DNA of 63,969 bases, filler included, from Octopus bimaculoides (taxonomy: Eukaryota): assembly GCF_001194135.2 (NCBI RefSeq). It is 11 parts of 10 records of this genome, joined end to end, with 100 filler letters (N's around TTAATTAATTAA, not from the genome) between each part and the next. Parts side by side here need not be neighbours in the genome. Positions count along the whole stretch, not along the records: positions 50,330 to 62,740 come from NC_068993.1; positions 62,841 to 63,969 come from NW_026398626.1; 9 more parts are not named here. One strand, written 5' to 3'. The notes under the pieces were generated by a model that was not told where the DNA came from, searched no databases, and was given only the letters and a program-made list of their open reading frames with translations. Made by a program: the position numbers and the translations under genes. Positions 51,576 through 63,969 of the stretch are shown one piece after another. The number at the start of each line of letters is the position of its first letter. The first letter of the stretch is position 1.

Positions 51576-52394
51576 ATTATTATTATTTACTTTTAATCTG
51601 CATGTCTGTTACAATCACTTGCCAAGACACACCCAGCGTCCTAAGGCGAGTGAAGGATAAGAGATGCTACAGTATGACTGAAATCTTGGAGAGGGGAAGT
51701 GACAGGGGCAGTTACGAAATATATCATCATCATCATTCAATTTTATCAATTCAGTACATTCTACAATCAAAGTTAACATTAATTAATTAAGCATTCAAGG
51801 TATAGAAGAAGCAACATGTGCAATCGATTAATTTGAATTGATATTTATGAGGAAATAGTGTCTTTAATTTATTACAATATATATATATATATATATATAT
51901 ANNNNNNNNNNNNNNNNNNNNNNNNNNNNNNNNNNNNNNNNNNNNNNNNNNNNNNNNNNNNNNNNNNNNNNNNNNNNNNNNNNNNNNNNNNNNNNNNNNN
52001 NNNNNNNNNNNNNNNNNNNNNNNNNNNNNNNNNNNNNNNNNNNNNNNNNNNNNNNNNNNNNNNNNNNNNNNNNNNNNNNNNNNNNNNNNNNNNNNNNNNN
52101 NNNNNNNNNNNNNNNNNNNNNNNNNNNNNNNNNNNNNNNNNNNNNNNNNNNNNNNNNNNNNNNNNNNNNNNNNNNNNNNNNNNNNNNNNNNNNNNTTTTT
52201 TTTTTTTTTTTTTTTTTTTGCAATATGCTAGGGACCGATAATATTTCTTAGTAATATTCATTTATACCGGAAACAATATATATATAATGAATATGATAAA
52301 AGATGACAACTTTTTTTTATCGTATATTTATTTTGTAAACAAGCATTTCATGAGCATTTTATAATGTTTCTTTCTTTTCTGGAAACTCGCAGCT

Positions 52395-52447
52395 GATGGC
52401 TCGCGGACCGGCACCGGTCCGCGGACCACCACTTTGAGAAGGACCGG
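52395..52447. mobile_element. hAT/Charlie-like terminal fragment
   Basis: Palindromic gcggaccggcaccggtccgc followed by ggaccaccactttgagaa, resembling hAT subterminal ends of the form ttctcaaagtgtggtccgcggacc. Confidence 0.5.
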
Positions 52448-53172
52448 ATTAGACAGTTTACAGTAATTAAAAATATATCTGTCCTAAGGCACTATTTATC
52501 TCTCCTCCTTTCGTCACTATTACGTGTCTCATACATCATACATCGAAGTCAACATCGTCTTCAGACCAAAACTTTATCTCTCTGAAATTTTCTCCTTACT
52601 CACATTTATCCCGGACAAACACAGACATATAGTTTTTCAAACTGAACATCGAATATACCAGTCTCAAGGACCTTCAAAAGTCATGAGTTCTCCCACTCCT
52701 CTAAATAACCTATAAACAAACAAATACTTGACGACATCTTTCTCTGTCTCTTGATCTCCGCAAGAGGTACTATTAGCTATGATTGTGTATCACTCTGATG
52801 ACCAGGATGTAAGGGTGTCAAAAGAAACAAATAAAATATAAATCACACGTTTAAATATCCTTTACTCTGCAAACTTTAAATCAAAAACTTTTTATTCTTC
52901 CAGATTTGACATCCGTTTAAAGTTTTCGTGGATTATGGAGTCGTGCGCTTTCCCTAGTATCACACGTACAGCCAGGCTTTGATCCAGGTAAGCTCGAACA
53001 TAATTTTTATATTCTTTTACTTGTTTCAGTCATTTGACTGCGACCATGCTGGGGCACTGCCTTTATTTCTACCAGCTCATTCACTCGTGATTCATAGGTG
53101 TCTCATTTCTGTTGTCATACATCCTTATTGCTGGTGCTTCTCTTTTATTAACACCGCAAAATTATAAGGGCG

Positions 53173-53246
<74 letters not shown>

Positions 53247-53624
53247 TCTGAAGTTGAAAAAGAGATAAAGAAGAAGAGAGGACGATAACGAAACGTCACT
53301 GCTATGGAGAATGGAAAGGAGTAAGAAAAAAGAGAAGAAAAAGGACAAACGTTACTGCTGGCTGGAAGAGTAAGGAAAAGAAGGCGACATAATGCTGCTA
53401 CCGAGAGAGAAAATTGGGTGTAGTGATACGCTGTATTACGTGAGTAAATGAAAAAACCAAACGACATGTGAGGCCAGATGTTGAAAAAAAAAAACGAGAT
53501 ATCAGGCGACCAAGAGTTAAAAGATAAATGTCATATTGTCTGTCTTATCTATGAGTAACATATGCTCTGCTATACTGTATGTATGCAAAAAATATTTTAT
53601 GTGCAGTGTATAATGATTTCAAAT

Positions 53625-53785
53625 CTTGACACAAGGCCAGAAATTTGAGGACAGGGAGCAAGTTGATTACATTGACTCCAGTACTTAACTGGTACTTTTT
53701 TTTATCGATCCCTAAAGGATGAGAAGCAAAGTGGACATCGGATGAATTTGACCTCAGAATGCGAAGACAGACGAAATGTATGTGC
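53625..53785 (-). mobile_element. SINE family B
   Basis: ttgacacaaggccag...ttgactccagtacttaactggtac...gaatttgacctcagaa. Confidence 0.75.
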
Positions 53786-54317
53786 GCAGTATATATGTCA
53801 TAGTTGTATCTGTACAAGAATGTATAGAGTACATATTAGATCTGTAGATAATGTATAGAATATCATAGTTTGTATCTACGTATAATATATTGTGTGCCAT
53901 AGTTTTTATCGTGTGTCATAATTGTAATTCAATCGTGACGATAATTATATGTTAAATATATTTAAGACAAGTGAATTCTAGACTCTGCGTAACTATTTAT
54001 TAATATGTAAAAGATCTCTCGAGTAGCCATGCAAGCTCGAGTGTGAAAGGTCTTTACTGAGGAAATCCATTAATAGCAAAACAAATTCTTTATTGTCCCT
54101 TGCCTTTCCCAAAGCATAAGAGTTTGTTTTTATGAAATTAATTCTTAATTTCTCAAAATTGTTTCCCCTTTTCTCTCAGAGTTATTGATAATTACCGCAA
54201 TTTTTCTTAAATTTCTTTCTCACACTAAATGGCAAATTATAATTAACTGAGAATTTTCGTGTAGGTCATTTAGGTTATCACTTCTAAATTGATTATTCAA
54301 AGTTTATGCAACAACGC

Positions 54318-54590
54318 TCTAATTTGGTATAAGATGTACAGAGGGACGATGCAGTAACAAGACAACGACGTATGTAAGGGAAACAGCACGGAGCATAAGA
54401 GAGCGGGTAAATGAACATTGGAGGGAACTTAAGGAAGAGAAGAGCTCATCAGTTCTGTACCAGCACGCTGAGCAGGAACACGGAGGCTCACTCAACAACA
54501 TAGAAATTAAAATCTTGTCCACACATAGAACAGACGCAGCACTTAGACAAATTACAGAAGCTACACACATAATGGAATGGAACACTAACA
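54318..54590 (+). pseudogene. GIY-YIG endonuclease remnant of a Penelope-like retroelement
   Basis: Manual translation: (SNLV, frameshift) IRCTEGRCSNKTTTYVRETARSIRERVNEHWRELKEEKSSSVLYQHAEQEHGGSLNNIEIKILSTHRTDAALRQITEATHIMEWNTN. This matches the PLE pattern VY-x-I-x-C...Y(I/V)GET-x-R...R-x-x-EH...H...KIL...R...EA-x-x-I. Confidence 0.85.
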
Positions 54591-56607
54591 CACACACACC
54601 CAACAAACCACAATATATGACAATAAATTCCCTATAAACCGATAACAATATGAACAAAATATAATACAATACATAGATAAACAAATGAAANNNNNNNNNN
54701 NNNNNNNNNNNNNNNNNNNNNNNNNNNNNNNNNNNNNNNNNNNNNNNNNNNNNNNNNNNNNNNNNNNNNNNNNNNNNNNNNNNNNNNNNNNNNNNNNNNN
54801 NNNNNNNNNNNNNNNNNNNNNNNNNNNNNNNNNNNNNNNNNNNNNNNNNNNNNNNNNNNNNNNNNNNNNNNNNNNNNNNNNNNNNNNNNNNNNNNNNNNN
54901 NNNNNNNNNNNNNNNNNNNNNNNNNNNNNNNNNNNNNNNNNNNNNNNNNNNNNNNNNNNNNNNNNNNNNNNNNNNNNNNNNNNNNNNNNNNNNNNNNNNN
55001 NNNNNNNNNNNNNNNNNNNNNNNNNNNNNNNNNNNNNNNNNNNNNNNNNNNNNNNNNNNNNNNNNNNNNNNNNNNNNNNNNNNNNNNNNNNNNNNNNNNN
55101 NNNNNNNNNNNNNNNNNNNNNNNNNNNNNNNNNNNNNNNNNNNNNNNNNNNNNNNNNNNNNNNNNNNNNNNNNNNNNNNNNNNNNNNNNNNNNNNNNNNN
55201 NNNNNNNNNNNNNNNNNNNNNNNNNNNNNNNNNNNNNNNNNNNNNNNNNNNNNNNNNNNNNNNNNNNNNNNNNNNNNNNNNNNNNNNNNNNNNNNNNNNN
55301 NNNNNNNNNNNNNNNNNNNNNNNNNNNNNNNNNNNNNNNNNNNNNNNNNNNNNNNNNNNNNNNNNNNNNNNNNNNNNNNNNNNNNNNNNNNNNNNNNNNN
55401 NNNNNNNNNNNNATATATATATATATATATATATATACCTCGTTCTATTTTTCGCGTTATTTCCTATTTCCTTAGTATCGTAACAATACATTTTTTTATA
55501 TGTTCAAGTGGAATTGTACCTAAGCATGCGTATGTTTGTGTGTATGTATGTATGTTTGTATGTACGTATGTATGTATGCATGTATGTATGTATGCATGCA
55601 TTTTATTGTATAATATCTACATATATCACATATGGTGTGTTGGTAAAAACCAACGATCGTTTAGCTGTGCTTTTCACTTTGCCAGTTTTGGGAAGACAGT
55701 GGATGTCAGTCTACGCAGAATAGTACATGACATCCCATACACAATATCCCATAAGTATGTACCGTATTAAGATGAGAAACCAAACACTTATTTCACCATT
55801 GTCTAATGGAATTTCACCGAAAAGCTAGAACTCTCAACAAACTGACACTCATGCTTGGTCGTTGATACTGAGAAGATAAACAAAATAATCTCGTGTCTAA
55901 ATTGACAAATACGAACCACTTGGTTTAATTTTTTTTTTCTCTCGTTTTTTTTTTTCTTTTTCTTTTTCTTTCTTTTTTTTTCGGTCACGAAGGCTGATGA
56001 CAACTTGGCCTTTCTTGAAGTGTGTGGTTGTTTAAATGGCTGTTACTTTTGTTTTCCTTATTGTTGTTGCTGTTAGTGGTAATGCTGTTAGTGTTGGTGG
56101 TGGTGGTGGTGGTGGTNNNNNNNNNNNNNNNNNNNNNNNNNNNNNNNNNNNNNNNNNNNNNNNNNNNNNNNNNNNNNNNNNNNNNNNNNNNNNNNNNNNN
56201 NNNNNNNNNNNNNNNNNNNNNNNNNNNNNNNNNNNNNNNNNNNNNNNNNNNNNNNNNNNNNNNNNNNNNNNNNNNNNNNNNNNNNNNNNNNNNNNNNNNN
56301 NNNNNNNNNNNNNNNNNNNNNNNNNNNNNNNNNNNNNNNNNNNNNNNNNNNNNNNNNNNNNNNNNNNNNNNNNNNNNNNNNNNNNNNNNNNNNNNNNNNN
56401 NNNNNNNNNNNNNNNNNNNNNNNNNNNNNNNNNNNNNNNNNNNNNNNNNNNNNNNNNNNNNNNNNNNNNNNNNNNNNNNNNNNNNNNNNNNNNNNNNNNN
56501 NNNNNNNNNNNNNNNNNNNNNNNNNNNNNNNNNNNNNNNNNNNTGTATGTATGTATGTGTATGTATGTATGTGTATGTATGTATGTGTATGTATGTAAGT
56601 ATGCATT

Positions 56608-56665
<58 letters not shown>

Positions 56666-56737
56666 CAACATTCTTAGACATGCGCTCGTGTTCTCTACAT
56701 CCCAAGCAAGAGAACATGTACTGAGTATATTCGTAAT

Positions 56738-57150
56738 TCTTTTACTTGTTTCAGTCATTTGACTGCGGCCAATCTGGGGCACCGCCTTCAGTCGAATAAA
56801 TCGCCCCCAGGACTTATTCTTTGTAAGCCTAGTACTTATTCTATCGGTCTCTTTTTGCCGAACCGGTTGTCAAGGGATGGTGGGGGGGGGGCAAACACAG
56901 ACACACGACTTTTGAATCATCCTGTATATATCTTATTTTCTCCTTTTACTTGTTTTCGTCGTTGGACTGCGGCCATGCTAGGGCATCACCTTGAAGAGTT
57001 TTTTAGTCGTGCAACTCGACCCGTGCACTTATTTTTCTAAGCTTAGTACTTATTCTATCGATATCTTTTTGCTGAATCGATAAGTCACGGAGACGTAAAC
57101 AGACGAATACCAGTTGTCAAGCGGTGGATGGAGGTACAAATACAAACATG
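56738..57150 (-). mobile_element. Two tandem SINE family A 3' halves
   Basis: cttttacttgtttcagtcatttgactgcggcc near 56739 and again, diverged, near 56943. Confidence 0.8.
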
Positions 57151-57358
57151 AAAACACAACATATATATAGATACATAAATACATACAGACACGCGTGTGT
57201 ACCTGTGAGTGTATGTGACCCCTTTGCACATGTAAATGTCCTTACAAACTTACCTTCAAACATCCTATCTAAATACTGTACTCAGTCAACTCGAGACGTC
57301 GGTGAATGTACTCATATGCAAATTAGCAACTGCAATACCTGTTGTTCGTCGTGTTTTG

Positions 57359-57417
<59 letters not shown>

Positions 57418-57545
57418 GCACTTATGTTTGTTTGTATGACTGTTTGTTTGTGTGTGTGTGCAGCAGGGTATTCAATGGACTAAATTAACATTACTGACGA
57501 ACAACTAAAACATACGAAGCTAGTGTTTTATTTTACTCATTCTGG

Positions 57546-57596
<51 letters not shown>

Positions 57597-57660
57597 CAGA
57601 CAGATAGGCAGGCAGGTAGGTAGGTAGGTAGGTAGGTAGGTAGGTAGGTGGACAGACAAG

Positions 57661-57726
<66 letters not shown>

Positions 57727-59280
57727 CATAGATAGATAGCATCTGGCCTCTGATTTGCTGTTTTAATAGCAAAGTAAACTTACCTAGTTAAATAAGTGTT
57801 TATCAAACGTACGTATATACTTTTATATACAATTTGTTGACTCATTTCTTTAGCTAATCCATACCTATATATGTACTTAGCATATTTTGATGGCATATGA
57901 CGCACATTTTTCGTCAAACCCAAAGGAACGTCTCAAAACAAAACAAAAATCACTCTGAGTCCTCTGTGTGAAGTTGTACCTATAAAACATGCTTTAAAGC
58001 ACTAAAACTTTCTTCCTGAATATACGCCACTGAAGTTGGGATGTGTCTAATACACTGATGCATTTTTTATGCCAAATATGGCATGTGCATGTGTGTATAT
58101 ATATATATATATATATACATATATATATNNNNNNNNNNNNNNNNNNNNNNNNNNNNNNNNNNNNNNNNNNNNNNNNNNNNNNNNNNNNNNNNNNNNNNNN
58201 NNNNNNNNNNNNNNNNNNNNNNNNNNNNNNNNNNNNNNNNNNNNNNNNNNNNNNNNNNNNNNNNNNNNNNNNNNNNNNNNNNNNNNNNNNNNNNNNNNNN
58301 NNNNNNNNNNNNNNNNNNNNNNNNNNNNNNNNNNNNNNNNNNNNNNNNNNNNNNNNNNNNNNNNNNNNNNNNNNNNNNNNNNNNNNNNNNNNNNNNNNNN
58401 NNNNNNNNNNNNNNNNNNNNNNNNNNNNNNNNNNNNNNNNNNNNNNNNNNNNNNNNNNNNNNNNNNNNNNNNNNNNNNNNNNNNNNNNNNNNNNNNNNNN
58501 NNNNNNNNNNNNNNNNNNNNNNNNNNNNNNNNNNNNNNNNNNNNNNNNNNNNNNNNNNNNNNNNNNNNTATCGCGGCGTATGTACATACTTGTGCTAACC
58601 ATATAGTAGGTATGTATCTAAATTTTGTACGACTCTTACTCTATCTTTTAGTTCCCCTCATACTTTCTTCCTCTTTTCTTTTTCTCACTCCCCCCTCTCT
58701 CTCTCTCACACACACATTTCTCGGCCCTCTCTTTAACTCCCACCTTTTCCCCTCGTTTATCTCCCTTGTACATTTCCCATTGTCTCTGATTTTTTTCTAA
58801 TCCCTCAGTCCCCCTGCCCCCTACCCCTCTCTCCTCCTTCCACGTGACCGGTGTCCAGTCAGCTATGATCTTTCTTGGCTTAACTGCCGACCACCAACAC
58901 TTCTTATGTCCATCTCCTATGTTCCTGCCTTTAGGTTTTCACTTTATACACGCCAACTCAATTTGATTCGTTCTCAGTCGAAAGACACTTGTTTGTATTT
59001 GCAATTGCATACTATGTTGCCCGTTTTTGTCTTTGTTGCCGTACACATTCGCTAGCTTTCTTAGAAAAAAAAATCTAATGCGCTTAGTTTAGACTTTTGG
59101 GGATCAACCAGATTGAACTGTCTCAAGTGTAACTGCCCGAAACAGTAAGGACTTCTGATATACTTGACTGATGAAAGAAGGCCACGAATGACCCGTCTTT
59201 CTAATTGTTGTTTCTTCTATCCGCGTTTGTATCGTCTATCTGCCCGAATGTTTTATTGTCCGCTATTGCGTTTATATTCC

Positions 59281-59321
<41 letters not shown>

Positions 59322-59437
59322 TGATAGATAGATGAATGGATGGATGGATGGATGGATGGATGGATGGATGGACGGGCGGACAGACAGACATGTAGGTGGG
59401 TGGGTGGACGTACAGACATACATACAGACAGACAGAC

Positions 59438-59498
<61 letters not shown>

Positions 59499-61057
59499 TT
59501 ATATACTAACTCATGTGCATATATCTTTTGAGTTGTGCAGACATTCTTTCAAATGAAAAGTTTTCTTTGTGTGTATGTATGTACGTATGTACACCTGCAT
59601 GTATGTGTATGGAGCCACGCTTGAATGTATGTGTGTGTACGTCTGAGAGAGAGAGAGGGGGGAGAAAGAGGAGAGAGAGAGAAAGAGAGCGAAAGAAAAG
59701 GAAAGCGAGGGGAGAGGAGGAAAAAGGAGTAGAGGAAGAGAGGAAATAGGGAGAGAGAGGAAAGAGAGGGGAAGAGAGAGATATAGGAAGAGAGAGGAGG
59801 AGAGGAAAGAGAAAGTGAGGGAGAGGAGGAGGGTGAGAAGGAGATATCAACAAAAGAGAGGAAGTGAAAGAGCATTGTTTATCGTTAGAGACACCCTGGG
59901 TATTGTGTGTGTTTGGAGTAAATCATTTCAGTTATCTGGACGCCTTTTCGGTTGAGCAACTACCACGTCACCTTCTATTCTACACAGACTTTGCATATAC
60001 CACCTCCAACACTGCCTCCATCACTACCACCACCACCCATTACTCGCACCCACCGCGGACACCGCCAACGACGCCAACTTACGAGTACACACATCTATAT
60101 TTAGAAAATGTGTATACGTATGTATTTATATAACATATATGCATATGTATATATCATGCATACAGACAAGCACACACGTATACACACATACGTACATGAT
60201 GTTCACTTAATGTAGATATTTACATTTGACTGAGAGATATCTCAACTGGAGCGAAGAAAAATTCATGCGTATATAAGTATGTATGTATGTATGTATATAT
60301 ATATATACATATATATATATAATGAGTAGACAAACGAAAGAGGGCGCCCAAAACGTTTAGTAGGAGTTACATCGTGTATTATTTAAAGCAGTTAGAATCA
60401 AACAGAATCAGTTTTAAATAATATATATATATGTATGTGAATAGATATATAAATATACATTATATATATATATATATATATACACACGCACACACACATG
60501 CGCGCGCGTACGCATATGCATGCGTGCGCGCGTGTGTGTGTTCTGTTTACTTCTTGGGGAGGGACTAAACTCATATCCAGTGTATGCGTCGCAGTTTTGA
60601 TTTACGTCAAAAGAATCTTCAATATCTTTAGGAACGCTATGTCCCAGTATTTGCAACACGCCTGTGTGTGTTCTAGACACGTGCCGTTCGTGTTTAAGAT
60701 GGGACAACGTTATTTTTTTTACCTCGATAATGAGCCTTGATTTGTGTTAAAACAGTGAAGGTTGACCTGATCTTTTTGGAGAATGTTTACAGGGTCTCCG
60801 TGCCCTAGAATCAGTGCAGGATTGGTATATAAAGTCAAGGTCGCGTTATCGTACCGCTTCAGTGCTGAAGTCTAAGAAGGAATAAAGGGTGGTTTAGTCT
60901 GAGTAGGAGCAGACATTGTTTGTGAGTAACAACTAAATAGGTCGTTCCTCTCTGGGTGTGGACGTGTATGTATATCTTGGTATTTATTTTAATAAAATTT
61001 GTGCCACATTATTTTCCTTGCATTTTGTTTCAGTTGTTACTATCATTGGGTTTGTGT

Positions 61058-61436
61058 GGAGGCGCAATGGCCCAGTGGTTAGGGCAGCGGATTCGCGGTC
61101 ATAGGATCGCAGTTTCGATTCCCAGACCGGGCGTTGTGAGTGTTTATTGAGCGAAAACACCTAAACCTCCACGAGGCTCTGGCAGGGGATGGTGGCGAAC
61201 CCTGCTGTACTCTTTCACCACAACTTTCCATCACTCTTTCTTCCTGTTTCTGTTGTACCTGTAATTCAAAGGGCCAGCCTTGTCACACTGTGTCACGCTG
61301 AATATCCGCGAGAACTACGTTAAGGGTACACGCACTCTGTGGAGTGCTTGCACGTTAATTTCACGAGCAGGCTGTTCCGTTGATCGGATCAACTGGAACC
61401 CTCGACGTCGTAAGCGACGGAGTGCCAACAACAACA
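61058..61436 (+). mobile_element. SINE with a different tRNA-like head and body but the family C 3' half; (AAC)n tail
   Basis: Head ggaggcgcaatggcccagtggttagg...gtttcgattccc; from about 61255 it matches 26805-26982. Confidence 0.85.
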
Positions 61437-61753
61437 GCATCATTGGGTTTACAGCCTTGAAGGGTTTAACCACGCAAATCAACCCCAGTACTTTTTGTTT
61501 TTACCACTACTCCGCTGGTACTGCATTTTATCGCCGGGAAAAGTTGACATCGGTATGGTTTGAACTCAAAACGAAAACAACCAAATACAACCAATTACAG
61601 TAACAACAACATCAACCTCATGCTGCTGGCGTCGAAATCTTCTTGTCCCATAAATGCCAAAGGCTAATCACGTGACACTACTGCTGCCGTCAAACAACCT
61701 CAAATGTCACCTTTTGTCAATTGGCACCGTGTCGAGAACTGAATTTGTCCGGA

Positions 61754-61773
61754 TAGGGTTAGGGTTAGGGTTA
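61754..61773 (+). repeat. Short interstitial telomere-like (TTAGGG)3 tract
   Basis: TAGGGTTAGGGTTAGGGTTA. Confidence 0.8.
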
Positions 61774-62382
61774 ATTCAAGATTACTTCGGCAATCATACA
61801 TATGTATCAGTTAGTGCGATATTAGCTGTATTTCTTGGTGTTTTTTCAGTTATTCCATTTCATGTTTTTAGCCAGTTCAAGCAGATTACAAAGGCAAATA
61901 CGTTCGTACTATATCTTATTAGATTTGTCCACAAATTTCCCGACAGACCATTGAAATGTTTTCATATAACAATAAATCCCTGTTTTAAAGGGCAAAGATC
62001 CTTATATTGATTATTCATTATGAAACTTCCGGTCATGGCAGATTCGATGAAAACTGTTGGCAAATACCGGAAATGCCAGCAGGAGTCATTCAAGTAGATC
62101 AATCTTCTAAATTGATATATGTATATATGCATGCTAACACAAGTAAAAAATACAATCTCGCACGCACACACACACACGCACACACACACGCATGCACATA
62201 CATGCAAACATTCACTCACATACATGCAGACGGGTGTGCATTAATACATATATACATATGTATCTATGCACGCCACATGCAAACGCGCTCACACACATGT
62301 ACATATATACACATACATTTCAACAAACACACACATACATATGTGTGTATATATATATATATATATAAACACATGTATACAT

Positions 62383-62432
<50 letters not shown>

Positions 62433-63244
62433 GTGTGTGTGTGTTTGTATTATGAATGTATGTTTGTATGTATATGTATGTACATATGCAAACATGTATG
62501 AACAGAATATCACAATTAATTACGTCTGGTGCAATTCAACTGCATGTAGCGAAATAGATTTCCCAATTAACCTTATCTCGTAGATCTAAGGTGAATGCAA
62601 CGCGGTTTCGTGTCTACCATCCCATCTCCACATCTAATCAGCCAATCTATATATTAAATAGTTACATGCATTTAATCATGCACACGTTTATAAAAAATAC
62701 ATACATATATATATGTACATATGATATATATATATATATANNNNNNNNNNNNNNNNNNNNNNNNNNNNNNNNNNNNNNNNNNNNTTAATTAATTAANNNN
62801 NNNNNNNNNNNNNNNNNNNNNNNNNNNNNNNNNNNNNNNNATATATATATGTATGCATACGTGTGCGTGTATTCATATACATGCTTACGTATATATAAAT
62901 ACACACACATATGCACACACACACAAACCTATCAAAGGGCATCGTATTTAGGTTCAAACTTCTGAGGGCGAACACGAACACACTACCTGCCCGCAAGATA
63001 ACTTGTTTTTGTTATTCCTATTAGTGCAACTTTAATCTGTCATTCCTGCTTTTAGACGAACAACAAGGATGATCTTTGAAGTGTATTCTGAGACACACGG
63101 ATGGAAGCAGAGGCAGACAGTTGTCACAGAATTGAATAGAAAGAATTAAAAGGAAATGAAAAGAAGAAAAATTAAGTAAAGAATAAAAGAAAAAAATAAC
63201 AGAGTAAAATTAAAAGGAAGTGTAAGGTAAAAATCATCGTTTCA

Positions 63245-63525
63245 AATTTTGGTACAAGGCCAGCGACTTCGGGGAGTGAGGTGGGAGTGGAAGGGCTTGC
63301 GGGTGTGCGGGAAGGGGGTGCGGGGATGAGGCTAGTCAATTGTATTTACTGATACTTCTGTCATCAAACGGTACTTATTTTATAGGGTACTTATTTTATT
63401 GAATTCGGAAGAATGAAAGGCAAAGTCAACTTCAGCGGAATTTGAACTCAGAACACAAACACGGACGAGATGCCGCTAAGCATTTTGTCCGGCATGCTAA
63501 AGATTGTGTCCACTTACCGCCTTCA
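63245..63525 (-). mobile_element. SINE family B
   Basis: aattttggtacaaggccag...gaatgaaaggcaaagtcaac...gaatttgaactcagaac...cttaccgcc. Confidence 0.75.
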
Positions 63526-63969
63526 TGAAAGGTAAAATTACAGTGTAACACGATTTCTGTCCTTGAGTAGCAACTGTTATTTCCTATTTGTTGATCCCTA
63601 GAAAATATGACGCATGGCTAATATTTCCTTCAACCTTTGCTTTTGTTACATTTATTAAAAACCCCAAAGAATCCCTCTCAATACATAGCTATGATGATCC
63701 CCCACTACTCCTGCTCAGAGATTCACATCGTATCAACCACTAAGAGACGTGCTCAAGTGGTTAAGTTGAAGGAACTGGCAAGTAAATCCGTGGTTTTTTT
63801 GCAGAATATTTGCTATAACGATATTTCTGTTTCAGCCACACATGGCTGAGTCTGTCTGAAATGTAATGGAAAATAGGTCAGTTTGAAAACACTGATGTTC
63901 AGGTCACAAAAATAAAGTTTGAAGGGAATAGTAATCATTTCTCTTGCTTTCTAAATAGGAGAAAATAGG

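Noticed and set aside
52786-52830. CTGATGA...GAAAC hammerhead candidate
   Set aside because: There is no G10.1-C11.1 pair or stem II. The CTGATGA hits at 7363, 40814 and 55995 fail likewise.
46262-57790. Perfect minus-strand donors (AG|GTAAGT) near 46270 and 57784
   Set aside because: No coding exon or matching acceptor was found, and the count is compatible with chance.
59130-59200. GAAAC and CTGATGA close together (possible type II hammerhead)
   Set aside because: Stem II does not pair and the required U16.1 is absent.

Overview
Eukaryotic, AT-rich, heavily gapped, microsatellite-dense draft sequence, most likely an octopus (inferred from the SINE families and repeat landscape, not checked by search). 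It contains no prokaryotic-type system. The only well-supported host coding sequence is one exon (41296-41852, +) encoding a complete VWA domain with an intact MIDAS motif, ending in a stop codon and followed by poly(A) signals; its upstream exons are not identifiable. The rest is a mobile-element graveyard: at least three tRNA-headed SINE families that share modules, six R4/Dong-type LINE fragments mostly embedded in (TAA)n tracts, RTE LINE remnants, mariner/Tc1/maT transposase remnants, hAT and other MITEs, and a Penelope-like GIY-YIG endonuclease remnant missed by the ORF track. The most unusual signals are two minimal hammerhead-ribozyme-like motifs, a near-perfect 197-bp foldback, a minisatellite built from a SINE core just 3' of the VWA stop, and two R4/Dong 3' fragments that may share the same 5' end. 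Nearly all ORF-track entries are microsatellite or N-gap artefacts. Repeat boundaries were read by eye and are approximate.
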